From: Candidatus Omnitrophota bacterium
Lineage (GTDB): Bacteria > Omnitrophota > Gorgyraeia > JAFGHF01
NCBI GenBank assembly: GCA_020341815.1
Contig: CP070837.1
Span: 1,300,575-1,364,574, forward strand
Length of the DNA: 64,000 nt
Direction: 5' to 3'
The notes under the pieces are model-generated. The model saw only the letters and a list, made by a program, of their open reading frames with translations. It was not told the DNA's origin and made no database searches. Both the position numbers and the translations under genes were made by a program. Below are positions 39,028 to 48,179 of this stretch, in pieces (the stretch's first letter is position 1; each line of letters begins with the position of its first letter).

Positions 39028-40416
39028 ATGGCTAAAGTAAAGAGTATATTTACCTGTCAGCAATGCGGATATCAATCAGCAAAGTGGTTAGGCCGCTGCC
39101 CCGATTGCAATAACTGGAATAGCTTAACAGAAGAGACCCAAATTAGGGAAACCCGTCCCTCCTTGCGTCAATTCGCCAATCCCCAGCCGCCTCAGCTTCT
39201 TTCGGATGTTCAGGGTTCCGATGAGATAAGGCAGTCCACCAATATAGAAGAATTGGACAGAATTCTGGGGGGAGGGATAGTTTCGGGTTCGGTGGTTTTG
39301 GTGGGAGGTGAGCCCGGTATCGGCAAATCCACCCTTTTGCTTCAGGCCTGCCTCGCCGCTTGCAGGCGGGCCTGCCAAAAACTTGCCAGCGCTTCCAGCT
39401 CTATCCTTTATGTAAGCGCAGAGGAATCAATTCAGCAGACCAAGCTCAGGGCTTTACGACTGGGTGAGATACCCAAAGACCTTTATATAGTCAGCGAAAC
39501 AAACGTAGACTTAATTACCCAATACGTCAGAAAGCTATCTCCGGCTTTGGTGGTGATTGACTCTATCCAGGTGATGTATAACCCGGATCTTTCTTCCGGA
39601 GCCGGCAGCGTCAGCCAGGTGAGGGAGTGCTCCGGAGTTCTTACGGCGCTGGCCAAAGCAAGCAACATCCCTGTATTTTTAGTCGGACACGTAACCAAAG
39701 AGGGGTATCTTGCCGGCCCCCGCGTCTTGGAGCATATGGTTGATACGGTGCTCTATTTTGAGGGCCAGAGAGAAACTTCTTTCAGGATTTTAAGGGCGGT
39801 AAAAAACAGATTTGGTTCAACTAATGAAATCGGGGTTTTTCAGATGACCGGTTGCGGCCTGGCTCAGGTAAACAACCCTTCCCAGCTTTTGCTTGCCCAG
39901 CGGCCGAAACAGGCCGCGGGCTCGGTGGTAGTTCCCTGCATTGAAGGGACGCGTCCGCTTCTGGTGGAAATTCAGGCTTTGGTCAGCCGCTCGGGGCTGG
40001 TAATGCCCCGGCGCTGGTGCTCGGGGTTAGACTATAACCGGATTGCCCTTTTGATTGCGGTTTTGGAGAAGCGCGCGGGGCTGGGCCTGGCGAGTCAGGA
40101 TATTTTTGTTAATGTGGTCGGAGGCATCAAGGTCCAGGAGCCGGCCATAGACTTAGGCATTGCCGTGGCAGTTGCCTCCAGTCTGAAAGAGGCGCCTGTC
40201 GAGCAGCAAGACATTGTTCTGGGAGAGATAGGTTTGGGGGCGGAGGTGCGCGGGGTAACCCAGCCTGAGGTTAGAATAAAGGAGGCCCAGAGACTGGGCT
40301 TTAAGCGTTGCATTATTGCCAAGAATAATCTTAAGAGCCTCAAAATCAAAGGCTCCATTGAACTGATAGGTGTGGAAACGGTAAGCGAAGCCCTGGAGGC
40401 GGTTTTAAAAAAATGA
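39028..40416 (+). CDS. radA: DNA repair protein RadA/Sms.
   Basis: N-terminal C4 zinc finger, Walker A 'GGEPGIGKST' and a Lon-protease-like C-terminus. Confidence 0.85.
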   Translation: MAKVKSIFTCQQCGYQSAKWLGRCPDCNNWNSLTEETQIRETRPSLRQFANPQPPQLLSDVQGSDEIRQSTNIEELDRILGGGIVSGSVVLVGGEPGIGKSTLLLQACLAACRRACQKLASASSSILYVSAEESIQQTKLRALRLGEIPKDLYIVSETNVDLITQYVRKLSPALVVIDSIQVMYNPDLSSGAGSVSQVRECSGVLTALAKASNIPVFLVGHVTKEGYLAGPRVLEHMVDTVLYFEGQRETSFRILRAVKNRFGSTNEIGVFQMTGCGLAQVNNPSQLLLAQRPKQAAGSVVVPCIEGTRPLLVEIQALVSRSGLVMPRRWCSGLDYNRIALLIAVLEKRAGLGLASQDIFVNVVGGIKVQEPAIDLGIAVAVASSLKEAPVEQQDIVLGEIGLGAEVRGVTQPEVRIKEAQRLGFKRCIIAKNNLKSLKIKGSIELIGVETVSEALEAVLKK

Positions 40417-41381
40417 AGATGAAAAGGATTGGTTTATTGACCAGCGGCGGGGATTGCCCCGGGATGAATGCCTGTATCCGCAGTGTGGTGCGCACGGCCA
40501 TCTATAAGGGCCTGGAGGTCTACGGCATTTTTAAAGGTTATCAGGGCTTGATTGAGGGTCAGGTTAAGGCGCTCGATCGCCGCTCGGTTTCCAATATCTT
40601 GACTCACGGAGGCACAATGCTTAAGACCGCCCGCTCTCCGGAGTTTAAGACCGCCGCCGGCCAGAACAAGGCTAAGCGCGTAATTGAGCAAAACGGGCTT
40701 GAGGGCCTGGTGGTAATCGGAGGGGACGGTTCATTTCGCGGGGCGCACCGGCTCTGGCAGAGATGGAAGTTTCCGGTAATAGGGGTGCCGGCCACTATCG
40801 ATAATGATATCAACGGCACCGACGCAACTATCGGCGCGGACACCGCGGTAGATACCGCACTATACGCAATAGATAAGATAAGGGATACGGTTACTTCCTT
40901 AGAAAGAATATTTGTCATTGAGGTTATGGGTAGAGGCTCAGGCTATATTGCCCTGGAGGTCGGGCTTGCCGGTGGGGCCGAGGATATCATTATCCCCGAG
41001 AGGCGCTATAATATAGATAAGATGTGCGCCGATATCCGCACAGGCCACAAAAAAGGAAAAATCAGCTGGATAATCGTTGTGGCCGAGGGTGCAGCAAGCG
41101 CTGCCGATGTAGCCGCAAAGATTACCCGCAAGACGCATCTTGAGACCAGAGTCAGCGTCTTAGGGCACATCCAGCGGGGCGGTTCTCCTTCGGCGGATGA
41201 TCGCATCCTGGCTACGCATCTGGGGGCGGAGGCGGTAAAGTGTCTGATCAGGGGTGAGCGGGATAAAATGGTGGGCATGGTCAATAATCGCGTCAAAACG
41301 GTGGATTTAAGTTATGCCGTCAAAAAGAAGAAAATAAATACAGAGGTTTTGTATCGTTTAATCCGCATACTAGCACTGTAA
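40413..41381 (+). CDS. pfkA: ATP-dependent 6-phosphofructokinase.
   Basis: 'GLLTSGGDCPGMNA', 'GGDGS' and 'MGR' motifs. Confidence 0.85.
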   Translation: MKMKRIGLLTSGGDCPGMNACIRSVVRTAIYKGLEVYGIFKGYQGLIEGQVKALDRRSVSNILTHGGTMLKTARSPEFKTAAGQNKAKRVIEQNGLEGLVVIGGDGSFRGAHRLWQRWKFPVIGVPATIDNDINGTDATIGADTAVDTALYAIDKIRDTVTSLERIFVIEVMGRGSGYIALEVGLAGGAEDIIIPERRYNIDKMCADIRTGHKKGKISWIIVVAEGAASAADVAAKITRKTHLETRVSVLGHIQRGGSPSADDRILATHLGAEAVKCLIRGERDKMVGMVNNRVKTVDLSYAVKKKKINTEVLYRLIRILAL

Positions 41382-41507
41382 CACTGAGAACACTGAATTG
41401 TTAACACTGAGAACACTGAAAGAAAAACTTCAGTGGTTTCAGTGGTTTCAGTGACAAAAGAAAAACTTCAGTGGTTTCAGTGGTTATTTTTCAGTGGTTT
41501 CAGTGAC
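41380..41507 (+). repeat. Complex direct/inverted repeat array: 2x AACACTGAGAACACTGAA, then 9-bp periodic TTCAGTGGT units.
   Basis: Repeats at 41380-97 and 41403-20 (A units), then 41429-55 and 41467-507 (B units). B is an imperfect reverse complement of A, and a ~33-bp tandem duplication lies within. The RBS AAAGGAGGT follows directly. Confidence 0.65.
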
Positions 41508-41520
41508 AAAAGGAGGTAAA

Positions 41521-42921
41521 ATGCTTTACAGAGACGTCAAGGATTTGCTTGAGAAAACCAGTAGTGCAATCAGGGTTTCAAAAGAGGGTGTAACAATAGA
41601 AGATAAGGCAAGACTTAAAGCCAAGGTTATAGACGAGCTGGTATATAATCTTTGTCTTAATGAAAATCAGGCGGTAAAGGACGCCTCGCGCTGGATTATC
41701 TGGGGGGCGGCCGCTGAACTCGGGATTTATCCCTCTTCTATCCAGGGGCTTTATGAGGCAAAGGGAAAGGACAAATACAGCCAGATTACTGTACCTGCGG
41801 TGAATATAAGAGGCCTGACATATGATGTGGCCCGCGCCTTGATCAGGACGGCAATGAAATTAAAATCGTTAAATTTTGTTTTTGAGATTGCCCGCTCGGA
41901 GATAGGTTATACCTTTCAGCGCCCGGCGGAATATGCGGCAATTTGCCTGGGGGCGGCAATTAAGGAGGGTTTTTCCGGTCCTTTATTTATTCTGGGGGAT
42001 CATTTCCAGCTTAAGGCCAAAAATTATGCTGCTGATGCCGCCAAAGAAATCGACTCGGCAAAGGAGCTTATCCGCGAGGCCATTGAGGGGGGATTCTATA
42101 ATATCGATATCGACAGCTCGACGCTGGTGGATTTAGATAAGAAGACGCTGAATGAACAGCAGTGGAATAACTACGATGTAACGGCAAAGTTGACCTCCTT
42201 TATCCGGGAGATTCAGCCTAAGGATATCACGGTTTCGGTAGGCGGAGAGATAGGCGAGGTCGGAGGAAAGAATACCACGCCTGAAGAGTTCCGGGCGTTT
42301 ATGGAGGGATACAAAAAAGAGCTGAATAAAAACGGCAAAGGCTCCAAAGGAATTAGTAAAATCAGCATCCAGACCGGGACCGCCCATGGGGGCGTGGTTC
42401 TGCCCGACGGAAGTATCGCCAAGGTAAGCCTGGATTTTGATGTCTTAAGGAAAGTCTCCGAAATTGCCCGCCATGAATACGGACTGGCCGGGACGGTGCA
42501 GCACGGGGCTTCAACCCTTCCGGATGATGCCTTCCATCACTTTCCCCAGACCGAGACTGCTGAGGTGCACCTGGCTACAGGCTTTCAGAACATTGTTTAT
42601 GAAAGCAGGTATTTCCCCCGGGATTTAAGAGATAAGATTTATGCCTGGCTTAAAGAAAATTGCAGTGCCGACAGAAAAGAAGGGATGAGTGATGAGCAGT
42701 TTATATACAAGACCCGCAAAAAGGGTTTTGGCCCCTTCAAGAAAGAGCTGATGAGCCTGCCGGAAGATGTGCGAAATAATATCGGCAAGGAATTGGAGGA
42801 AAAATTCACTTTTATTTTCCAGAAGCTCAATGCCGCCGATACCGAGGCCCTGACCAGGCGATACGTAAAGCCTGTTACTATTAAGAAGGCCTGCCCCGAA
42901 GGGTTAATCAAGGCCTTATAA
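41521..42921 (+). CDS. Class II aldolase-family protein (probable fructose-bisphosphate aldolase, long form).
   Basis: It lies downstream of pfkA. Segments 'VPAVNIRGL', 'GDHFQ' and 'QHGAST' are compatible with class II FBP aldolase cores. Assignment is tentative. Confidence 0.45.
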   Translation: MLYRDVKDLLEKTSSAIRVSKEGVTIEDKARLKAKVIDELVYNLCLNENQAVKDASRWIIWGAAAELGIYPSSIQGLYEAKGKDKYSQITVPAVNIRGLTYDVARALIRTAMKLKSLNFVFEIARSEIGYTFQRPAEYAAICLGAAIKEGFSGPLFILGDHFQLKAKNYAADAAKEIDSAKELIREAIEGGFYNIDIDSSTLVDLDKKTLNEQQWNNYDVTAKLTSFIREIQPKDITVSVGGEIGEVGGKNTTPEEFRAFMEGYKKELNKNGKGSKGISKISIQTGTAHGGVVLPDGSIAKVSLDFDVLRKVSEIARHEYGLAGTVQHGASTLPDDAFHHFPQTETAEVHLATGFQNIVYESRYFPRDLRDKIYAWLKENCSADRKEGMSDEQFIYKTRKKGFGPFKKELMSLPEDVRNNIGKELEEKFTFIFQKLNAADTEALTRRYVKPVTIKKACPEGLIKAL

Positions 42922-42933
42922 AAATAAAAAAAA

Positions 42934-42980
42934 GCCCCCCCGATGCTTTTTATAAAAAACAATCGGGGGGTTTTTATTTT
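42934..42980. terminator. Bidirectional intrinsic terminator between the convergent aldolase-like gene and lptG.
   Basis: A 9-bp GC stem (CCCCCCGAT…ATCGGGGGG) flanked by an A-run on one side and a T-run on the other. Confidence 0.65.
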
Positions 42981-44065
42981 GGTGCGCGGCGCATCAGCAT
43001 TATGGCGACGGTGGAGAAGAGGAAATTGGCAAACCACGCCGATATAATCGGCGGCAGAGTTCCGCCTTTACCTAAAGCAAGGCTTAGGGCCTCTACCGTG
43101 TAATAGAAGAAGGCAATGACTACCGAAAGCCCGATACTGGCTACTTTTCCGGTGCCTTGCGTAGAAAGGGCAAAAGGGATACCCAAGAATATAATTATCA
43201 AACTGACAAAGGGAAAAGAAATCTTATAATGCAAATCCACCAGCAGCTTCTGCACAATCTTGGCTCCGCTTCCCGAGAGCCTCCTGATATATTCTCTTAA
43301 TTTCTGGTAATTCATAAACTCAGCCGAGGCCTCCCGCCTTAGGAAGTCCTTGGGCTTTTCTTCGATACCGATGAGCATCTTCTTGAAAAAGGCCGGCTCG
43401 GCATTTTCCTCTTCCTTATCGTTAAAATTGTAAACAACGCAGTCATTGAATGCCCACTTATTTCCCTGCCATTGTGCGCTTTTGGCCTGAATCTTGGCGA
43501 TAACCCGTTCCTCATTATCCTGCTCCAGGATAGTTATTTCTTCAAGGAGGTTGCTCTTGGTGTAGAATTTGCGCACATGAATGAGGCGGTTGTGCGCCCC
43601 GTAAAGAGCGATATTTTCCACTATTCTCTCTTGGAGCTGTGCCTTTTCTTTATCAAGATGTTCTTCTTTTACGGTGGCCGAAACAAGGTTTGCCTGAGGA
43701 ACGATTTTATCGTTAATCACCAGCGTAGCCATGCTGATAACTATCCCCAGGAAGAAAAAAGGCAGCACCATTCTCCAGATGCTTAAGCCCGTTGCTTTAA
43801 GGGCGATTATTTCATTGTATTTACTGAGATTTCCCAGTATATAGAGGGTGGAAAGAAGTGCTGCGATAGGCGCGGTGCGCACAAAGATTATCGGCAGAAA
43901 GGCCCCGTAATACTGAAGAAGCACTGACCATTCCACATGGTGTTTAAGGATATCCTCCAGGCGGCCGCAGAGGTCAATAACTACATAGAGGCTAATAAAC
44001 ACCGTCAGGCAGTAGAAAAAGGGCACCAGGAATTCTCTGACTATATAGCGGTCGATTATTTTCAC
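42974..44065 (-). CDS. lptG: LPS export ABC permease LptG/LptF family (YjgP/YjgQ).
   Basis: 'KIIDRYIVREF' N-terminus with six TM helices. The GTG start at 44063-65 lies inside repeat copy E. Confidence 0.7.
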   Translation of the reverse strand: MKIIDRYIVREFLVPFFYCLTVFISLYVVIDLCGRLEDILKHHVEWSVLLQYYGAFLPIIFVRTAPIAALLSTLYILGNLSKYNEIIALKATGLSIWRMVLPFFFLGIVISMATLVINDKIVPQANLVSATVKEEHLDKEKAQLQERIVENIALYGAHNRLIHVRKFYTKSNLLEEITILEQDNEERVIAKIQAKSAQWQGNKWAFNDCVVYNFNDKEEENAEPAFFKKMLIGIEEKPKDFLRREASAEFMNYQKLREYIRRLSGSGAKIVQKLLVDLHYKISFPFVSLIIIFLGIPFALSTQGTGKVASIGLSVVIAFFYYTVEALSLALGKGGTLPPIISAWFANFLFSTVAIMLMRRAPK

Positions 44066-44196
44066 CCCGCCCTTCCTTTCATCTCATCGTAATCTTAGGT
44101 CCAATTTTAACTTTGCTAGACTGTCTCTGCATTGCTTTATAGCTTTTACCCTTGCCCTTAATTGTAAGTATGCGGTTTTAGGAAGAGCGGGGTTCA
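44062..44196 (-). repeat. MITE/REP-like element, copy E (between lptF stop and lptG start).
   Basis: The TIRs are TCACCCCGCCCTTCC ... GGAAGAGCGGGGTTCA with a unique interior. The GTG-bearing terminus faces lptG. Confidence 0.6.
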
Positions 44197-44201
44197 TCGT
44201 T

Positions 44202-45290
44202 TTATCTCTTATTGGTATGGAAAATCAGAATAAGGCCTGCTGCGGTAAGAGCAATATTGGCCAGCCACATACTCAAACCCGGATAGACTAATCCCCTGAC
44301 GGAAAGGACCTCTCCCGTCAGAAAGAGTACATAATAGGCAACGAATACCCCGATACTTAAGCCGATACCGACGAACTTCTCCCGCCTTCTGGTGCAGATT
44401 GCCAGGGGCAGCCCCAGGATAACAAAGGCAAAGGTTGAAAAGGAAAAGGAAAGCTTTTTGTTTATCTCGGTAACGATAGGGGTAACCTCGATGTTCTCTT
44501 TTTGCAGCTCGTGCATCTTCTGGCGCAGCTCGCGCACGCTCATATCCTTTAATTTTTTCTGCATATTTTCCGTATCGTCGGAGATATCCAGGGTCAGATA
44601 ATAGGTCTTGAAATTGAGCTTGTAAAAGACGCCGGGGTCTTTGGGGTTAGGTTCGTCGCTTGAGCCGTTTATTAATTTCAGTTTTATGATATCTTTTTCC
44701 GGAAGCGGCAGGAACTCCCCCTCGTTGGCAATAATGGTGCGCGTGGCTTTTCCCTCCTGGGGCTGATAAATTCTTATATTACTGAGCTTGTTCTGGTGAA
44801 TTCCGTAAATGAAGATAATGTAATTCTGGAAGCTGCGGATAAAGGTGCCGGCCTCAAGAAATGCTGCGGGAGTCTTCATGCCGATCTGCTTGACGATTTT
44901 TCGTGATGCGAATAAGGCCCGGGGCTTCAGTTTATCGTTAATGGGGATAGAGGCAAGTGAAGCCACCAGGCCCACTATGATTATGGGAAAGCATAACCTG
45001 TAGAGATTAATTCCGCTGGCCCTGATAGCGACAATCTCATTATCGGCGGAAAGCCTGCCGATAGTCAGGAGTGTGGCGCTGAGGATGGAAAGGGGCAGCG
45101 CATAAGTTAAGATATTGGGGATAAGCAGAAAGATTAATTTGACCACCAGCCCCAGGCTCACCCCTTTATTGACTACCAGATTAAAGAGGTTTACCAGACT
45201 GCCGATAAGCATTATAAAGATAAGAATAGCCAGCGACAGGATAAACGGCCAGAATAATTCTTTTAATAAATATGTTCTCAGGATTTTCAC
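44202..45290 (-). CDS. lptF: LPS export ABC permease LptF/LptG family.
   Basis: The start is proposed at GTG 45288-90 ('VKILRTYLLKE') inside repeat copy F. The ORF-track extension to 45332 would translate repeat sequence. Confidence 0.65.
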   Translation of the reverse strand: MKILRTYLLKELFWPFILSLAILIFIMLIGSLVNLFNLVVNKGVSLGLVVKLIFLLIPNILTYALPLSILSATLLTIGRLSADNEIVAIRASGINLYRLCFPIIIVGLVASLASIPINDKLKPRALFASRKIVKQIGMKTPAAFLEAGTFIRSFQNYIIFIYGIHQNKLSNIRIYQPQEGKATRTIIANEGEFLPLPEKDIIKLKLINGSSDEPNPKDPGVFYKLNFKTYYLTLDISDDTENMQKKLKDMSVRELRQKMHELQKENIEVTPIVTEINKKLSFSFSTFAFVILGLPLAICTRRREKFVGIGLSIGVFVAYYVLFLTGEVLSVRGLVYPGLSMWLANIALTAAGLILIFHTNKR

Positions 45291-45363
45291 CCCGCTCTTC
45301 CTTTCTTCCCAATACCACTTGCCTATCCCCAATCCTTCCGATGTTTAGGAAGGGCGGGGTTCA
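45287..45363 (-). repeat. MITE/REP-like element, copy F (between comF stop and lptF start).
   Basis: The TIRs are TCACCCCGCTCTTCC ... GGAAGGGCGGGGTTCA. Confidence 0.6.
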
Positions 45364-45368
45364 TTTTT

Positions 45369-46133
45369 TTATGCTTTGCGCGCTAAAGTAAATACCTCAA
45401 TTCTATTTGCCCCTGCTTTATGCAGTGCTTTTGCGCACTCATTTACCGTGGCGCCTGTTGTCAGGACGTCATCCACCAGTAAGACGTTTTTATTTTTAGG
45501 GACATTTTTATTTTTGACCTTAAAGGCGCCCTTAATGTTCTTAAGCCTTTCTGTGCGCGAGAGGTTAATCTGAGGCTGGGTAGCTTTAATTTTAATGAGC
45601 GTTTTATTATGCGCTTGTTTCGAGAAGGCCTTAGCTAAAGATTCGCTCAAGATGCCTGCCTGATTAAACTGCCTCCGGCGCTCTTTTGCGCTGTAAAGAG
45701 GCACAGGCAGAATCAAATCCACTTTTCTCATATCCAAAAACCTGCCCGCAAAATCGATCATCAATTCCGCCAGCGGCCCGCTTAAAGATAATTTACTGTT
45801 GTATTTAAATAGATGGATGCATTCTTTAATTACGCCCTCGTATATGCACGCAGAGTGCGCTTTCTTAAAGAAATACCCGGAGGCTTGACAATCCTTACAG
45901 ATAAATGCGTGATTTTGGCTTTTTGCGGGCCTGCCCGCCTTCATGCTGGCGGGCAGGTGCCTGGCGCATATGCGGCAAAAAGGCGGCAGATTGAACTTAA
46001 TCTTGTTCCAGCATATTTCACATAAGGGCTTATCGCTTAAGGGGTTTAGCCTCGCTCTGCATAGCAGGCAGGATAAAGGATAAATCAGATTTATAAAACT
46101 CCTTATCCAGGGCTTAAACACCGTGCTTGTCAA
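45369..46133 (-). CDS. comF: ComF family protein (phosphoribosyltransferase domain).
   Basis: N-terminal Cys-rich zinc finger and a C-terminal PRT motif 'LLVDDVLTTGATV'. Confidence 0.65.
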   Translation of the reverse strand: MTSTVFKPWIRSFINLIYPLSCLLCRARLNPLSDKPLCEICWNKIKFNLPPFCRICARHLPASMKAGRPAKSQNHAFICKDCQASGYFFKKAHSACIYEGVIKECIHLFKYNSKLSLSGPLAELMIDFAGRFLDMRKVDLILPVPLYSAKERRRQFNQAGILSESLAKAFSKQAHNKTLIKIKATQPQINLSRTERLKNIKGAFKVKNKNVPKNKNVLLVDDVLTTGATVNECAKALHKAGANRIEVFTLARKA

Positions 46134-46212
46134 TATACCATTTTATGCGTATCCTGTCAAGAAAATGTCTACTTGCAAAGAGGAGGGCTTTGTGGTAGGA
46201 TAACAACGAAAT

Positions 46213-46941
46213 ATGGGCGAAAAAATACGTTTACAGGTGGCCCTGGCGCAGTTGGGCTTTGCCTCGCGCAGAGCTGCCGCAGAGATTATAAAAAGCGGCA
46301 AGGTAAAGGTGGATGGCAAAATTATCCTTGAGCCGGGATACAGGGTCAGCTTAGAAAAAAACTCTATAATCGTCGAGGGCAGAAAGGCCTTATGTCCCAA
46401 AAAGGTCTATCTTTTACTCAATAAACCCAAAGGCGCGGTAAGCACAGTCAGGGATAGATATGCCCGGCGCACCGTGCTTGATTTACTGGGGAAAATAGAT
46501 ACGCGGGTTTATCCGGTGGGCCGCCTGGATAAGGATACGAGAGGGCTTTTGCTTTTGACTAACGACGGAGAACTCACCCACCGTCTGCTCCATCCCAAAT
46601 TCGGCATCAAAAAAGTTTATCGGGTTTCGGTGGAGGGTGAGATTCCTCGGCGCAAGATTGAAAAACTGGAAAAAGGCATTTATCTGGAAGGCAAAAAGAC
46701 CTTTCCCTGTAAAATCAGTATTCTTAATATAGTAAAGAAAACAACTTTATTGCGCGTTGAGCTCACCGAGGGGCGCAAGAGACAGATAAAGAAGATGTTT
46801 GCTTCTATGGGGCATCCGGTCTTGGATATAGAGAGGATAGCCTTCGGCCCTTTGAAGCTGGCTACCCTTAAGCCGGGGAAGTGGCGCCGCCTGAAAATGA
46901 ATGAAATTGCCAAGTTGAAAAGCTTAAGCGGGGTGATTTAG
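46213..46941 (+). CDS. rluB: rRNA pseudouridine synthase (RsuA/RluB family).
   Basis: S4 domain plus a catalytic 'GRLDKDTRGLLLLTNDGEL' block. Confidence 0.75.
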   Translation: MGEKIRLQVALAQLGFASRRAAAEIIKSGKVKVDGKIILEPGYRVSLEKNSIIVEGRKALCPKKVYLLLNKPKGAVSTVRDRYARRTVLDLLGKIDTRVYPVGRLDKDTRGLLLLTNDGELTHRLLHPKFGIKKVYRVSVEGEIPRRKIEKLEKGIYLEGKKTFPCKISILNIVKKTTLLRVELTEGRKRQIKKMFASMGHPVLDIERIAFGPLKLATLKPGKWRRLKMNEIAKLKSLSGVI

Positions 46942-46943
46942 TT

Positions 46944-48179
46944 TTGAGTCTATTCTGGCATATCCTGGGGCTGGTTATTTTACTTTTACTGTCCGGGCTT
47001 TTCTCAGGCACGGAGACCGCGCTTTTTTCCCTGTCCAAGATACAATTGCGCCGCTTGAAAGAGGCCTCACCTTTAAAGAGTGCCTTGATTGAGGAGCTCC
47101 TGGATTCTCCCCGCCGCACCTTAAACACTATCCTTACCGGCAATATGCTGGTGAATATCACTATCAGCGCCCTGATTACCGAGACCGTAATGTCTGTGAG
47201 CGGACAGAAAAAACTGGGTTTTTCCGTGGGGATAGCCACTTTTCTGCTCTTGGTATTCGGGGAGGTTACGCCTAAGACCTTTGCCATTTCGCATGCTGAG
47301 GGGTTAGCCTCTTTTGTTGCACGCCCTTTGCATATTTTTTCTAAGGTTATCTCGCCTGTTTGTCTTCTCTGGTCCAGGATTGCCGACTTTTTTTCTCAGC
47401 GTATAGTGGGCCCGCAGCACCTCAGGCAGCCGTTTCTCACCTCTGAGGAAATCCGGGGCCTGATTTCCATCGGAGAAAAAGGAGGTATAGTCAGCAGGGA
47501 AGAAGAGCAGATGATATACACGGTGTTTGATTTCGCGGAGAGGCATATCAATGAGATTATGACCCCGCGCGTGGACATCGTCAGCGTCGACGTGCAGCAG
47601 GATAGTTTTGGGCTTGAGAAGATACTCAAAGAAAGCCGTCATTCCAAAATCCCCGTATATAAAGACAGCGTGGATAATATCCTGGGGATTATCTATGCCA
47701 AGGAATATCTACTTTCGCCTTGTCGGGAGTGGCAGAACCTGATTAAGCCGGTCTTGTTTGCCCCGGAGACCAAAAAGATAGAAGAGCTTTTGCTTGAGTT
47801 TCAGGACAAAAAGTCCTATGTAGCTATAGTAAGCGACGAATACGGCGGGACCTCAGGCCTGATTACTATCGAGGATATCCTGGAAGAGATAGTGGGTGAG
47901 ATTCAGGACGAATACGATACCGAGGAGAAGCTTATCCTGAGAGTGGATGAAGAGACCGTCTCGGTCAGCGGAAAAACCAGCCTGTATGATTTAAACGAAG
48001 AACTGAAAACCCGTTTTAGGGCCAAAGAGATCCAGACCGTAGCCGGGTTTATAATTCATCTTTTCGGCAGAATCCCCAAGTCCGGGGAGAGCACCAGATA
48101 CAGGGATTATCTCTTTACGGTCGATGATGTGCGCAAGAACAGAATCCGTAAAGTTACGATAAGGAAAAAACAGAGATGA
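46944..48179 (+). CDS. CNNM/HlyC-CorC family transporter (DUF21 + CBS pair + CorC_HlyC).
   Basis: Four TM helices in DUF21, tandem CBS domains and a transporter-associated C-terminus. Confidence 0.7.
   Translation: MSLFWHILGLVILLLLSGLFSGTETALFSLSKIQLRRLKEASPLKSALIEELLDSPRRTLNTILTGNMLVNITISALITETVMSVSGQKKLGFSVGIATFLLLVFGEVTPKTFAISHAEGLASFVARPLHIFSKVISPVCLLWSRIADFFSQRIVGPQHLRQPFLTSEEIRGLISIGEKGGIVSREEEQMIYTVFDFAERHINEIMTPRVDIVSVDVQQDSFGLEKILKESRHSKIPVYKDSVDNILGIIYAKEYLLSPCREWQNLIKPVLFAPETKKIEELLLEFQDKKSYVAIVSDEYGGTSGLITIEDILEEIVGEIQDEYDTEEKLILRVDEETVSVSGKTSLYDLNEELKTRFRAKEIQTVAGFIIHLFGRIPKSGESTRYRDYLFTVDDVRKNRIRKVTIRKKQR

Noticed and set aside
41380-41507. Possible CRISPR array because of short reiterated units.
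   Set aside because: The units are 9-18 bp and are directly abutting or overlapping. There are no unique spacers of 25-40 bp and no cas genes nearby. This is a simple or complex tandem repeat.
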